Shown: piece after piece, positions 36,262-47,452 of the stretch
Numbering within the stretch: the first letter of the stretch is position 1
Layout of the letters: every line of letters begins with the position of its first letter
Assembly (NCBI GenBank): GCA_010093815.1
Contig: ML996570.1
DNA length: 64,000 nt
Direction: 5' to 3' (one strand)
DNA from: Pseudovirgaria hyperparasitica
Lineage: Eukaryota
Notes under the pieces: model-generated
What the model was told of the DNA's origin: nothing
Databases searched by the model: none
The model's input: only the letters and a program-made list of their open reading frames with translations
Position numbers and translations under genes: made by a program

Positions 36262-39200
36262 TTGATGTTTGACAATAACCGGTACGGCTAGCCGCTGTTG
36301 GAATCAGAAAATCTGTCATGTTAGCCAATGATTTTATGGAACACCACTATCAGTGGAGCAGAGAGAATCTGGAACAAAGAATGAGATGTAAGTACGTGGG
36401 CATGACTTACGGGAAACGAGATACCTGGTGTTTTAGGATCAGAATGCTGTTACTACCTTGATTAGAAATAAGTGAAGCTGAAGAGGACTCCAGTCAGGGA
36501 CACGTTGTAAGCTCCAATTGACTGAACAGATAAGCCAAGTCGGATGACAATGGTAGATGTATAGACAAAGGGAGCTTGGGTGGACAAGATCAGTCGCGAT
36601 AAGCAAGGCTGCGCACCACGGCTACGTGCTCGCTTAGGAGGAGTTGATAATGATGAACAGTATTGGCCACTAACGGAGTGAAAGCGGTCTGAAAATGAAG
36701 TTTACGTTTCAATGGTAGCCAGTACGGAGTGCAAATTCGATCGACAGCGGCAATGCCGTGTGTTGTAATTGCGCCCTAAAGGTCAGTGATGAGGAAGCGA
36801 AAATCACGGTCAGAGTATGGGGAGAATGCGGGATAAGGGGAATTTTGGCTGGATCGAAATAGTGATCCTCTGCCTCGACTTTCGCTGTTACGACTGTGAC
36901 GTGGAGATTTGATTGGGCACTGTAGGCGGGTACCTTGTCGAAGGGACGTGCGCGACAGGTGAACTGTAGCTCCGGAAAGGTGAGATGATCTGCCAAGGGT
37001 CGACAACGAAGGTTCTGTCAGAGATCCTACCAACGAAGTATAGTGTCCATGCACCCAGCTGGATGATAGGCAAAGATCATTGATGGGTGTGGCGAGTGAA
37101 ACTGCCGGGCCCAGTAACAGAAACTACCTGGCTGTGCAAGAGTGAGGTATGGCTGCCCGGTCGGTTCTAGGCAGAGGTTTAGGATGTAAACAATGTGAGA
37201 AATGGCTGTGTACTTTTCTCAGAACGAGCACATGTATCGGCACTCTCTGACGAGAGCAGAGATATATGCTAATGATAATGGGGCGGGCTGAGGTTGGCTA
37301 GAATATCTACTGTCTGGACTTGTAGCCACCAAAGCCAGGGGGAGTGCTCAGGGTTTTGACGAGCATAGACACTTAATGTGGGCTTCTGGATACCCAGATT
37401 ACGCAACAATGCTATAGCTGGGCCGACTTGGAGTAAAAATGACTTCCATGTTGCTCGAATCCTCCACAAAACAAGGACGGGAAGTGCTCGAGTAGATGGA
37501 ATCTTAGGAGACGTCAGACCTCCTCTCTTCAAACCCATGAGGTGGTAGGCACGCGCTCTTTCGAGTAAAATGCGGATCAAGGGAACCGAGCTGAGTAGAA
37601 TATGGAACGCGACAGGATCTGTGCTCTAGTACAATAGGTGCACTGCCGATTTGATTGGGTGTAAGAAGAATGCACTGCGTTGGATCCGACCCGTAAAACC
37701 TGGCTCAAGTTACTAGACTAGTGCTAAAGGAGTGTCAGATGTGTCCCGTAGCTGTACAGCCACAATTTGTCCAGACACACTAACTAGCCTTGTAAGGGAA
37801 GGAAACAACGGGTTATAACAACCTCGCAAACTCGCAAACCGTTGAGAATCTGCGCCAGAACTATCCTTGGGAGTGCGGATTGCCACAAACACTCCCATTG
37901 AGGTACTCGAGTATTACTTGCATTCACTGAGTAGTCTCTATCAACGACAGGTCAGTATTGGACATGTGAAAGAGTGAGAAGTCTCAACAGGCGCTTTTTT
38001 TCTCTGGACTAGAATGTGAGCCCTTTGCAGTAGTGCTAGCATTCCGGAGAAGACTCCTTTGCCCCATCGCCAATCAGTTCCATCCGTTTCACGTGTAATA
38101 GGCTGCAATGCCGAGGAACATTTGGTCCAGGTCTTCTCTAGTTCATTTGATAACTTGGTGCCCCTTGGCCTTGTAGACCACTTACGACCGCAGCCACAGC
38201 AGGTTACTGACGAAATAAGACAGGTTAGGCATGTTCTGGTCCGCCTGTTGTTGATCTTGTGTAATACACTACGCACAATTATCTACAATCACTGATAAGT
38301 TGCCAAAAATAGAAGGACTTTCGGCAAATGACCCCGGCTCCTATGTGTTCACGATGGTTCGGATTATGGCTAGCCACATCCGATCCCGTAGATTCATGTA
38401 ACCTACGGCCATGTCTTGTTGTGGTAAACCCAGCGTCGACGCTTGAGAGGTAGAATTATCGGAGCGTTGGTTCAGATGCACATAGACCAAAGGATCGGGG
38501 CACACGAACATCAGTCTACGACCGCGCGCAAGATCGCATTTGCTGAATTCTCTACCGTAGGCTAGTTGTGGCTGCTTTACAGATGCCGTTCCGAAAGCGG
38601 ATAGCTTGAGTCGAGGGTCACCGCCACCACGCTGGAACTTGTGAATGTGATTTGGTGGTCGGACAGTATAATCTTGGGGTTCGGGCGGCTAGGAAAATTC
38701 CGCCTCCCTGGTTTGGAGACGGCCCGCCAGAATGACGTCTCTGGGGCGCAGGTTCGGGTTCCGCGATGACTCGACAGCTGGCCCTGATGGATCGACAAGC
38801 GAGCTTCTACACCCACTGTCAACCAGTTTGGCTCAGCCCGTATTCGTTGCCAGCACTAAGCCGCTCTGACTAGGATGGTGATATTAGGAGCAGACGCATA
38901 TTGCAAGACCGTTGAGCGTGTCTGCATGTTCGCTTCAACCAATCACGAAGCGTCCATTGCTGCCTCTTCACCGACTGCTATGTCGTCGTATCTGGACTCT
39001 GCAATTAGTAATGGTGTGCGTTAATAGAGAAAGAAGCGTTCACCTTATACCGTGACAACTGGCGCAATCATCCTGCTGATATAGCCTGGAGGTCTGGTCT
39101 CATTATCCCGCGCTATCGAATCTCCACACCCTGGGGTCTGGATCTAGCCACAGATCGAGCCACACCTAAGGCACAGCCACAGCTCCGGACACTAGAGCTG

Positions 39201-41312
39201 GATAAAAACCACAGTAAATTACAAGGTCTACACTACAGTGCATCTATGTATATGCAATGTAATGTAACCCTGCTCTAGTATCTACTTGAATGGACTCTAG
39301 CTCATAGTCTAGATCTCTCTCCTACTGACGGCCTCCTCGTCCGTGAAGTCATTCACGGTGGCGAGCGGAACGCGAAACAGCGAACAGTAAACGGGGCTCG
39401 CCGTTCGGGGGCAACAGGGGCGGTTGAGAAATCTACGACTTTCCAATTTGACTGGCTGCTATCTAATGATCCTTTCACTCGTATACTTCATATTAAGCGG
39501 CAGATGGACAATGCTCTTCCTAAGACAGCTGATAAACAACACGTAGATCGTTCGCTGAGTCCAGAGTCAGGCGTATCGATCTGAAAACCCTACTATCTCC
39601 TCTATGGGCTACGATAGGTACTCATCACGGTTTTCATTTGGCCCACCCGACAATACTGCATTAGCTTTGCTGTAGAGTACTTGGGTAGCATAACCTGGAC
39701 CGCCGTATGCGCCCCTTTCTCAAACAAATCAAGTCCATACATATGCTACTGGTCGTGCCATCTTTGAGATGTGGATCATTGTCGCTATCAGTAACACAGA
39801 AAATTTCACCATGCTACTAGCAAATCCGCCTTCTAGGCATGGCAAGATCATGGCCCGTCTCATCTCGTCCACCTTGCTATACATATTGAAAAGGACATAC
39901 TAGAGAACGTGGATTAAGCGCGCCTTGGTGCAGATGGAATACCTGTTAGCATTACCCACGCCTGCCCAAAGCAGAAATCGTGACTGAAATCAATATTGAA
40001 AGAAACAGCGGCATGACGTTCAGGTCTGAGGCCTCAGAGACGATTAAAGCCAGCTTCATGCTGATCATGATAGTTGAAGACAATTAAGAAACCTAGAAGT
40101 GAGGGTCTGGTAATCCAGAGGTAATGATGACGCAATCTCCCACTGCCCGCCTTGCGTTCAGTGTTGCAGTATCACTATATTTAAACAGAAATTTATCTAT
40201 AGCAGGAAGATAGACTTTCGGGCATAAGCAACGTCTTCTCCGTAAACATGGATACATTCAAGTATGTATCGCTAATTAGCATAGCCATATCAACGATGTG
40301 TAGTCGATTTTACAATAGCAGCCATTCAACGTAGTCCTCCAACGATCGGGATGGCTTATCGTGTTAAGATATATTGCAAGCCAGTTCTACGGGGGCCCAC
40401 TTCTGTAAAACACGTTACAGCCTCTACCTTCCTATCTATAGTCGCCTACATCTCTTTATTGTACCACACAAGGTTATAGCGAAGTCTCGGCGCCTCGTTC
40501 TCAAACTTGTCTTCGTGTTCAAATTACTTCCAATACGGGAATAGAATCATCAGGTGTGCGAGACAAGCCCATAGAACGTACGGACTAGGATGGCATTATC
40601 TGCAGTCTTCCGAGTAAACGATTAAATCTACCTCTGCTAATATATTGATATACAGAAACTCGTAGTAATGCCGTTTATGAGTACGAGACATTTTATCCAA
40701 CACGAACACGCGGAATAGGTCCTACTCGTACAGATATGTCGATACATTCCCTGTGCGCACTATAATTTCATCCGTAATAGGCACGGAAGCAAAGGTCTGA
40801 GTGCGTGGTTCCTATTTTGCTGTTTGTACTAGCTACTTGTCTCATATGAGCCCCTGGAAGTGACTGAAATGAGGAGAACACAAAGCTGCGACCAGCATCG
40901 CCCGTACACAACTCCATTGGAGTTAGACAAACTTCTAGAAAATTGAGTCGCGATCTACGTAGGCCCTGATCGTCGATTGAATCCATACTCCGCACTTGCC
41001 GCGGTGAAACCAACCGCTGGCACAACCTGTCTCGTGTATGTAGGACTTCCAGTTCTAGAGCAATTGAGGATGTAGGTACTATAGTCAGCATGTTCGGTAC
41101 TCAACTTTGCGCCACGTTGCCCAACTAGAGAAATGCAGAATTTGCGAACTAGATGTTCATAAATTTGTATAGCAGCGCCGATGTGTATGGTACGACACGC
41201 ATAAACGAGACCTAAATGTGAATAGTGCCCTCACAAAACCGGGGAAGATACCATGCGAAAGAAAGAGCATTGTGAGGTATTTGAGGTATCATTATTCCGT
41301 AGATACGTGTAT

Positions 41313-41846
41313 CTATAACCACCAGACAGGTTCCACCGATTCATATGATGACTTGTTCATAAGCTTGCGTGTAGCCATCATCTTGCTTTTGAAATGACGG
41401 ATTCGACTCCGGATGTGCGCAGAGACAGGTACAGCGGAAAGTTCATCTTTTCGTCCAACAGAACTGCCTAGTCCTTCGGCCATGTTCACATCGGAGTCAG
41501 ATTTCGTTGGCCATTGCGCGGTCTCAACCCAGCTTCGGACTAGGTCTCGGATTGACCCATCCACCCGCGGGTCGTGTTGCTGTTCCAGCTGTGCAAGATT
41601 TGTACAGGTATCAGTATCTTGCTGCATCGAGGGCTCTGACGCCAATAGTGAAACTGGGCGCTTGAGAAGCCGAGAGAGATAGTCTCGCGTATGCACATAT
41701 GAATCCGGGGGGAACAAACACTCCAAGATGTCGATGAACATTGCGCGGTGAGAGTCCGGGTAGTCTCTGGATAGACGAGCTTGCCAGCGTTCTTCCGCCC
41801 GCTCGTTGTCCTTTTCTTTCATGTACCTGCCCACTTCTCGTCGCAT
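41313..41846 (-). CDS. Hypothetical protein or truncated gene relic
   Basis: 177-aa ATG ORF with protein-like composition. No confirmed domain. Confidence 0.35.
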   Translation of the reverse strand: MRREVGRYMKEKDNERAEERWQARLSRDYPDSHRAMFIDILECLFPPDSYVHTRDYLSRLLKRPVSLLASEPSMQQDTDTCTNLAQLEQQHDPRVDGSIRDLVRSWVETAQWPTKSDSDVNMAEGLGSSVGRKDELSAVPVSAHIRSRIRHFKSKMMATRKLMNKSSYESVEPVWWL

Positions 41847-41968
41847 GATTATGAACTGCCATCGACCTAGGGTTCACCCAGTATCAGTATATGGGTTACA
41901 TTATAATGCGTAGATCCAAGAGTAGATAGGCATGTGTATATGTGTAAGCTGCAGAGGTTCTGCCTTGT

Positions 41969-43042
41969 TCATCTCTTACTCATGCGTCTCCGGTACGAAG
42001 TAGGTGCGCGATTGGCGATGTAAGTGTTGATGAAATCTTCTATGAATTGGAAATACTCCGGTTCAGCGACAGTATCATTATGTGTTCCATTGGGAAAGGT
42101 GCGCATGATTCTCCGTTTGGTTCTGCTCAGGTTGTAAAGCTGTTTCATGTGGTATGCTCTTGGGTGTCGTTAGCACAGGCAGATCCCATTCATGGTCTGC
42201 CCTGAGTACTCACGGAACGATCTCATCCTGCTCGCCGCTGAGGAACAGAATGGGGACATCTGTGATTCGTGAAATCATCTCGTCACTTGGCCAGATCTGG
42301 TGACAGAGGATGGCAAGGAAGCGAGCCGGAGGGAATGCACTGAATATTGTTAGTCTGCAGTTAAACAGCATGTAGCACATGGCAGACCTAGGAATAAGTT
42401 TTCGCATACTCAGGAACGTGTTCTCAAGGATGAGACCTGCGATGTCTTTCTGCTCCAAGTTCCTTGCGACCAAGCCAATGCTCACAGCACCGCCGAGACT
42501 CTGTCCATATATGATGATTTTGGTATTACAAAGCTCCGCTCTTTCGCGGATGTAATCCAAACCTGTCTGCGCATCGATTGTGAGCCCCTTCTCATTTGGT
42601 GTGCCCGTACTTAGGCCATAGCCACGATACTGAAGCATCAACACATTACACCCAAGGTCTTCCTCCAGCACCTTGGCAATCGGTAGACGATAGCCAATGT
42701 TGCCAGCGTTACCATGGAACATCAGTATGGTGACCTTCCTCGCATGCGATTTGTTCGAGGGCCGAATGAGGAAAGCGTTGAGACTCTCGCCGTCCGGTGT
42801 TGGGATCATAAGCTCTTCGAAATCCGTAATACCGAATTGGGATGGCTTTGGTACATTTGCACGGCAGCCGGAAGGAATGTCGCGTGGATATATGAGTTCA
42901 CTGGAATCTTACTTAGTAATGATGTAGGGTCCAGGGGTTAGGCATGCTACTTTTGTTTGAAATAAAGTACACCACTCAGAACTGCGGCGATGCTCGAGGA
43001 TATGAACATAGGAATGCGCAAATAAGATAGTATGTTGTTCAT
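41969..43042 (-). CDS. bem46: BEM46/ABHD13-family alpha/beta hydrolase
   Basis: N-terminal anchor then YFKQNELIYP; HGNAGNIG; YRGYG; GQSLGG; DEIVP; GTHND. Introns 42901-42950, 42340-42387 and about 42159-42213. Confidence 0.92.
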
Positions 43043-43532
43043 GCTTGTGTGCGTGGTGGCTGTGCTATTCCTACAACCGAGGGCCTCTCACAAGGTCATT
43101 ATGCCTCGTGTGCCTGAGTACAAGTTATCGGGGAGAGGTCTCGTGAGGTATGGTATATGTCGACGCAATGTGGGCGTAGGGATTCGGCTCTGAATAGGTA
43201 GGCGAGGTAGATCAGCGTTAAGGAAGAGGGTCGAGACGAGGGAGGAGAAGGAGAAGGAGGAGAAGGTAGTCTGGCGCAACACATGTTATCAAAAAGATAC
43301 CTTCAGGCGGATGTATCTACGGTCGGTTTCATGTTTCATATCTTAGTGCCTGGCCTAGAAGCTTGGACCACCTGGTTTGTCGTCTTCGCAAGTGTGTTTG
43401 CCTGACCGTCAGCAACTATCACGAAGCTTCAACATCAGATCAAGCTTCGTCCATCGCTTCATCGTACCGTTGAATATCCACTCTGTTCATACCTGTCGTA
43501 CTCCATTTGAACACTCCACGATCTGATCCAAC

Positions 43533-44419
43533 ATGCAGCCCACAGGCATCCTCGGTGAAGGTGAGAGCTTCCAGGCGCCTGGAAGCTTAAAGCTCACATA
43601 ACAACAGATGGGATTCACGTCGATATGAACCACCTAAAGAAGGGCGAGGTCAAGTAAGATAACTTTTTGATCTTGTTTGAAACCGTCGCTAATAGTAACA
43701 TAGCCTTGGAACGTCGATGTTAGACTTCCCGCATGCCTATACTTGCCGTTCGATGCTGATACAGCCTCTAGTATGGCGATCAACTTCAAAGATGGAGTTA
43801 TACTGGGTGCGGATAGTCGAACGACGACGGGTGCCTACATTGCGAATCGCGTGACAGACAAGCTTACACAAGTACACGATACGATATGGTGTTGCCGGTC
43901 AGGTTCAGCAGCCGATACTCAGGCAGTTGCGGACATCGTCCATTACTATCTCGGCATGTACGGCGTCAGTAATGACGAGCCACCTACCACCCAGACTGCT
44001 GCTGCGCTGTTCCAAGATCTCTGCTACTCAAACAAGGACCAACTCAGGTAGGCATACTTACAATTGCAAGCTTTCAAGTTTGCTAATGCATCTCCAGCGC
44101 TGGCATGATCATTGCCGGCTACGATGCACGACATGGAGGTCAGGTGTACTCCATTCCTCTCGGTGGATCTCTTCATAAACAATCCTACGCAATAGGAGGA
44201 TCTGGCTCAACATACATCTACGGATATTGCGACGCCAACTGGCAGGAGGGTATGACCGAGGAAGAGGGTGTGAGATTCGTCAAGGGAGCACTCGCGGAGG
44301 CGATCAAGTGGGACGGCAGTTCCGGAGGTGTGATCAGGATGGTTGTTCTGACGGCGAAGGGAGCACAAAGACACCTATATCTACCCGACAATGGCTACAC
44401 AGGTCCTGGAACAAAATGA
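43533..44419 (+). CDS. PRE3: 20S proteasome subunit beta1
   Basis: Exons 43533-43560, 43608-43653, 43704-43718, 43772-44047, 44098-44419. 27-aa propeptide ending GEVNLG, mature start TSIMA, then [27 protein letters not shown]. Confidence 0.96.
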
Positions 44420-44876
44420 ATGGCACGCTTGCGGGTGGGCAGGATGTATTATACATATGCTTCTTTGAGTCGAAGCTTTGACAAGCATATAGATCAATGA
44501 CGTGCATGAGAGCGATCTTGATCGTTTTGCTGTTTGAACATACATTTGCAATGTTATTAGATATGTTTCGCCACGATGCAAGAAGGACTATCTATACCGA
44601 ATCTTCCCAAGACTGAATGAAGCTGAGTCATGGTGTGGAGAGATTGCAAAAACCGTAGAAGGGCAGGGTCGGTGAAGTCAAACCCCCGACAGGGCTAATG
44701 ACAGACAGCGCAAATGAAGGGCGTGCAGCTTGCATAAGCCAATCAAATGGGCGACGACGAGCATGACTGGGGACTCGGGGGTCAACGTGTTCCCCACGAG
44801 TTGGATCATCTCTATCCCATCTCAATCCCACGCCAGTGACAGAATCTCACTCTAGTCTCTAGCGACAGAAGGAATA

Positions 44877-44925
44877 GCTCGTGGCTCGTGGCTCATGGCT
44901 CGTGGCTCGTGGCTCGTAGCTCGTG
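44877..44925. repeat. Heptamer tandem repeat (GCTCGTG)x7
   Basis: Five perfect units plus GCTCATG and GCTCGTA. Confidence 0.95.
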
Positions 44926-45224
44926 GAGCTTGAAGGTTGTGCGGGAAGGGCGAAAATACAAAAAGTCTAACGGTGGAAATGGCGGCATCTACGCAATGAA
45001 GGCAGCGAGCGATTGGTAGGAATGCCTGTGCAATGACGAATTGTGTTATTGCAACGAACTCGGCGACGATGCGTGGACCCTGATTTCTGTGAATTGTCTT
45101 GGGCCCTAGGTGGGCAGGGTATCATCTGCGCTGGGCAGGTAATATTAGCTGTAGTAGCCTAGTACTGGCCAGGTGGAGGCCCTTCGGTCCCGCGCGCGCC
45201 GCTCTTGGGCGTCGACGAACACAC

Positions 45225-45257
45225 ACCACCATTACCACCACCACCACCACCACCACC
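45225..45257. repeat. (CAC)n microsatellite
   Basis: Run of CCA/CAC triplets with one short interruption. Confidence 0.9.
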
Positions 45258-45926
45258 CATGAACCCATTCGAATCTTTGCACTTACGTACTCGACCTCAA
45301 CCCCTTCAACCTTTCATACCCTCCTCCCTCAACATCACCCTATACACGACACCTGTTGCTGTATCGTCTTCATCTCCGTCCTCGGGATTTTCGTATATTA
45401 ATTGTAATAGCTGCCCACGCAACAAAGCTGGCCAGCTTTTGGGCGCGACTGCCTTGACTACCCTACAACCTTCTTCTACCTTATCTTGCCTATCAGAAGC
45501 CCGCATTACTTCACGACCCCGAACTTCGCTGCTTGGAAGCCTGCAATCACGAATCCTCGCTCTACGTCAATTCTCTCCATCTGCCTCCCTCACCCTACAA
45601 CACACGGTCCCTCCGTCTACCTGCATCACCTAGAAGTGTACGTTCTCTCCGCATATCCTGCACATCCCACCTTACGCAGCTGTATTCGAGAGTCTCGGTA
45701 GACCCACTGCCAAGGGCTCGTTACGTCTGTCGCCCTGTTCCACCTTTGCTTCGTGCAGAAGTCGGGAACTGCGCCTCCCCTCTGCCCTGCCACGCATTGC
45801 ACCTTCTTACCACAATTCACAGTGATGTTCGATATTGACGCGCTCGACCTTTCAGCGTGCTGCCGCATAGTTCGCTAACAGACTGTTCCTCCGACAGATC
45901 TTAGAATCGCATCAACAATAGCGCAT

Positions 45927-47452
45927 ATGGGATCGCTCGTAATCAGCGACGTGGTCCACCACTTTCCACATAGCGGCATGTATGGTGCCGGAAGTAGCAC
46001 CCATCACCAGTCGCAGGAGTCGCATCACAGGTCTACTCCTTCCAGAAGCTCACAACAAGATGGATCCAATAACTTTCTACACACGACCGGTTCTACAGAC
46101 ACGCCGATGTCTGACGCCGCCGACGATCCTGCCGGGGGATACAGAAATCCACATATACAAATCGCGCACTCAGATGATATAGCGTCGCAAGCAACATCAT
46201 CAGTGTCACAAGTGTCTAGTCAGCCTCCACCTAGTCCACGTTTTCGACCACATTCACAGCAATCAGCACCGATCTCAGGAGGACCAAACGACGCGTCAAT
46301 TGACAGATCACAATATGTACCGTCATCAGGACCAGCATCCTCTGCTCCGTCGCCCGCCACATCAGTTCGGGTATCTACAGGTCCAGCGATAGCCTCACCA
46401 CGTAGAATCAAAGTAAAAAGTCTATCACACATACAGAGCTTTGCTACGGATGAGACCAGCCCATTCTCACAAACACGCTTGATGTCGCGTCGTTCACGGA
46501 GAGATACCAATGATGTCGGACCGCAGTATGAGATTAGCGAAATGCCGGTATCGGATATCATTGAAATGGTGGCAGGCTTATTGACCAAAATCACCACGAC
46601 GAATGATCGACAGCATGAACATCTTCATCGACAAATACCGCCTCCAGAAGGCGCCGGGCATCTCAGTCAGCAAACAACAAGTGTACTAGCTTTCCATGGC
46701 AAGAACGTGCCAAGTATCTCTATTCTCAGCTATCTCAGCAGAATTCATAAATACTGCCCTACCACATACGAGGTTTTCCTCAGTCTATTGGTCTATTTTG
46801 ACCGTATGACCGAGAGGGTAAATGCTGGACCGATGCAAAGCCTCCGACAGGCCAATCAGCAGTCACTTGAACGCGCAGCTGCAGCCAGTGAGGGAAGTCG
46901 ACATAGTTCAATATCATCGTCAGCGCTCGCTAGCCATACATCACCGGCGTCCGCAGCCCAAGCTGCTACCCCGCCTCCCTCAGGTTCTTTAGGGAATTCA
47001 ACACATGCCAGCATTTCAGAGGCACATCCACCGTCTCCTCCTAATAATATGGATCGCTCACTTGACATGGACCCTTACAATCTTTCGCATTTCTTTGTAG
47101 TCGACAGTTTCAACATCCATCGTTTGGTAATTGCTGGCGTCACTTGCGCAAGCAAATTCTTCTCGGATGTATTCTACACAAACTCTAGATACGCAAAAGT
47201 ATGTTCTTCTCCTTATTCTTCTATATTATTAGGCTAACATGGATTTAGGTCGGGGGGCTACCATTGGTAGAGCTAAATCACCTCGAACTCCAATTCCTTC
47301 TCCTGAACGACTTTCGGCTCGCGGTTCCACTAGAAGAGATGGAGGCATATGGGACTATGCTGGTCGAGTTCTACGCTCGTGAAGTGGTGGCACAGTCTCA
47401 AGCTTCAAGGAGTGCGCTCCCTGGAGGTCAACTCGCAGCGGTATCCACTTGA
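45927..47452 (+). CDS. Pho85-type cyclin (Pho80/Pcl6-Pcl7 subfamily)
   Basis: FHGKNVPSISILSYLSRIHKYCP; NIHRL; ASKFFSDVFYTNSRYAK joined to VGGLP..ELNHLELQFL across intron 47199-47248. Probable 5'-leader intron 45638-45897. Confidence 0.92.

Noticed and set aside
37985..38060. GCGCTTTTTTTCTC segment resembling a telomerase RNA pseudoknot
   Set aside because: No TAACCCTAA-type template in the interval, and the pairing fits a bulged hairpin rather than the conserved pseudoknot.
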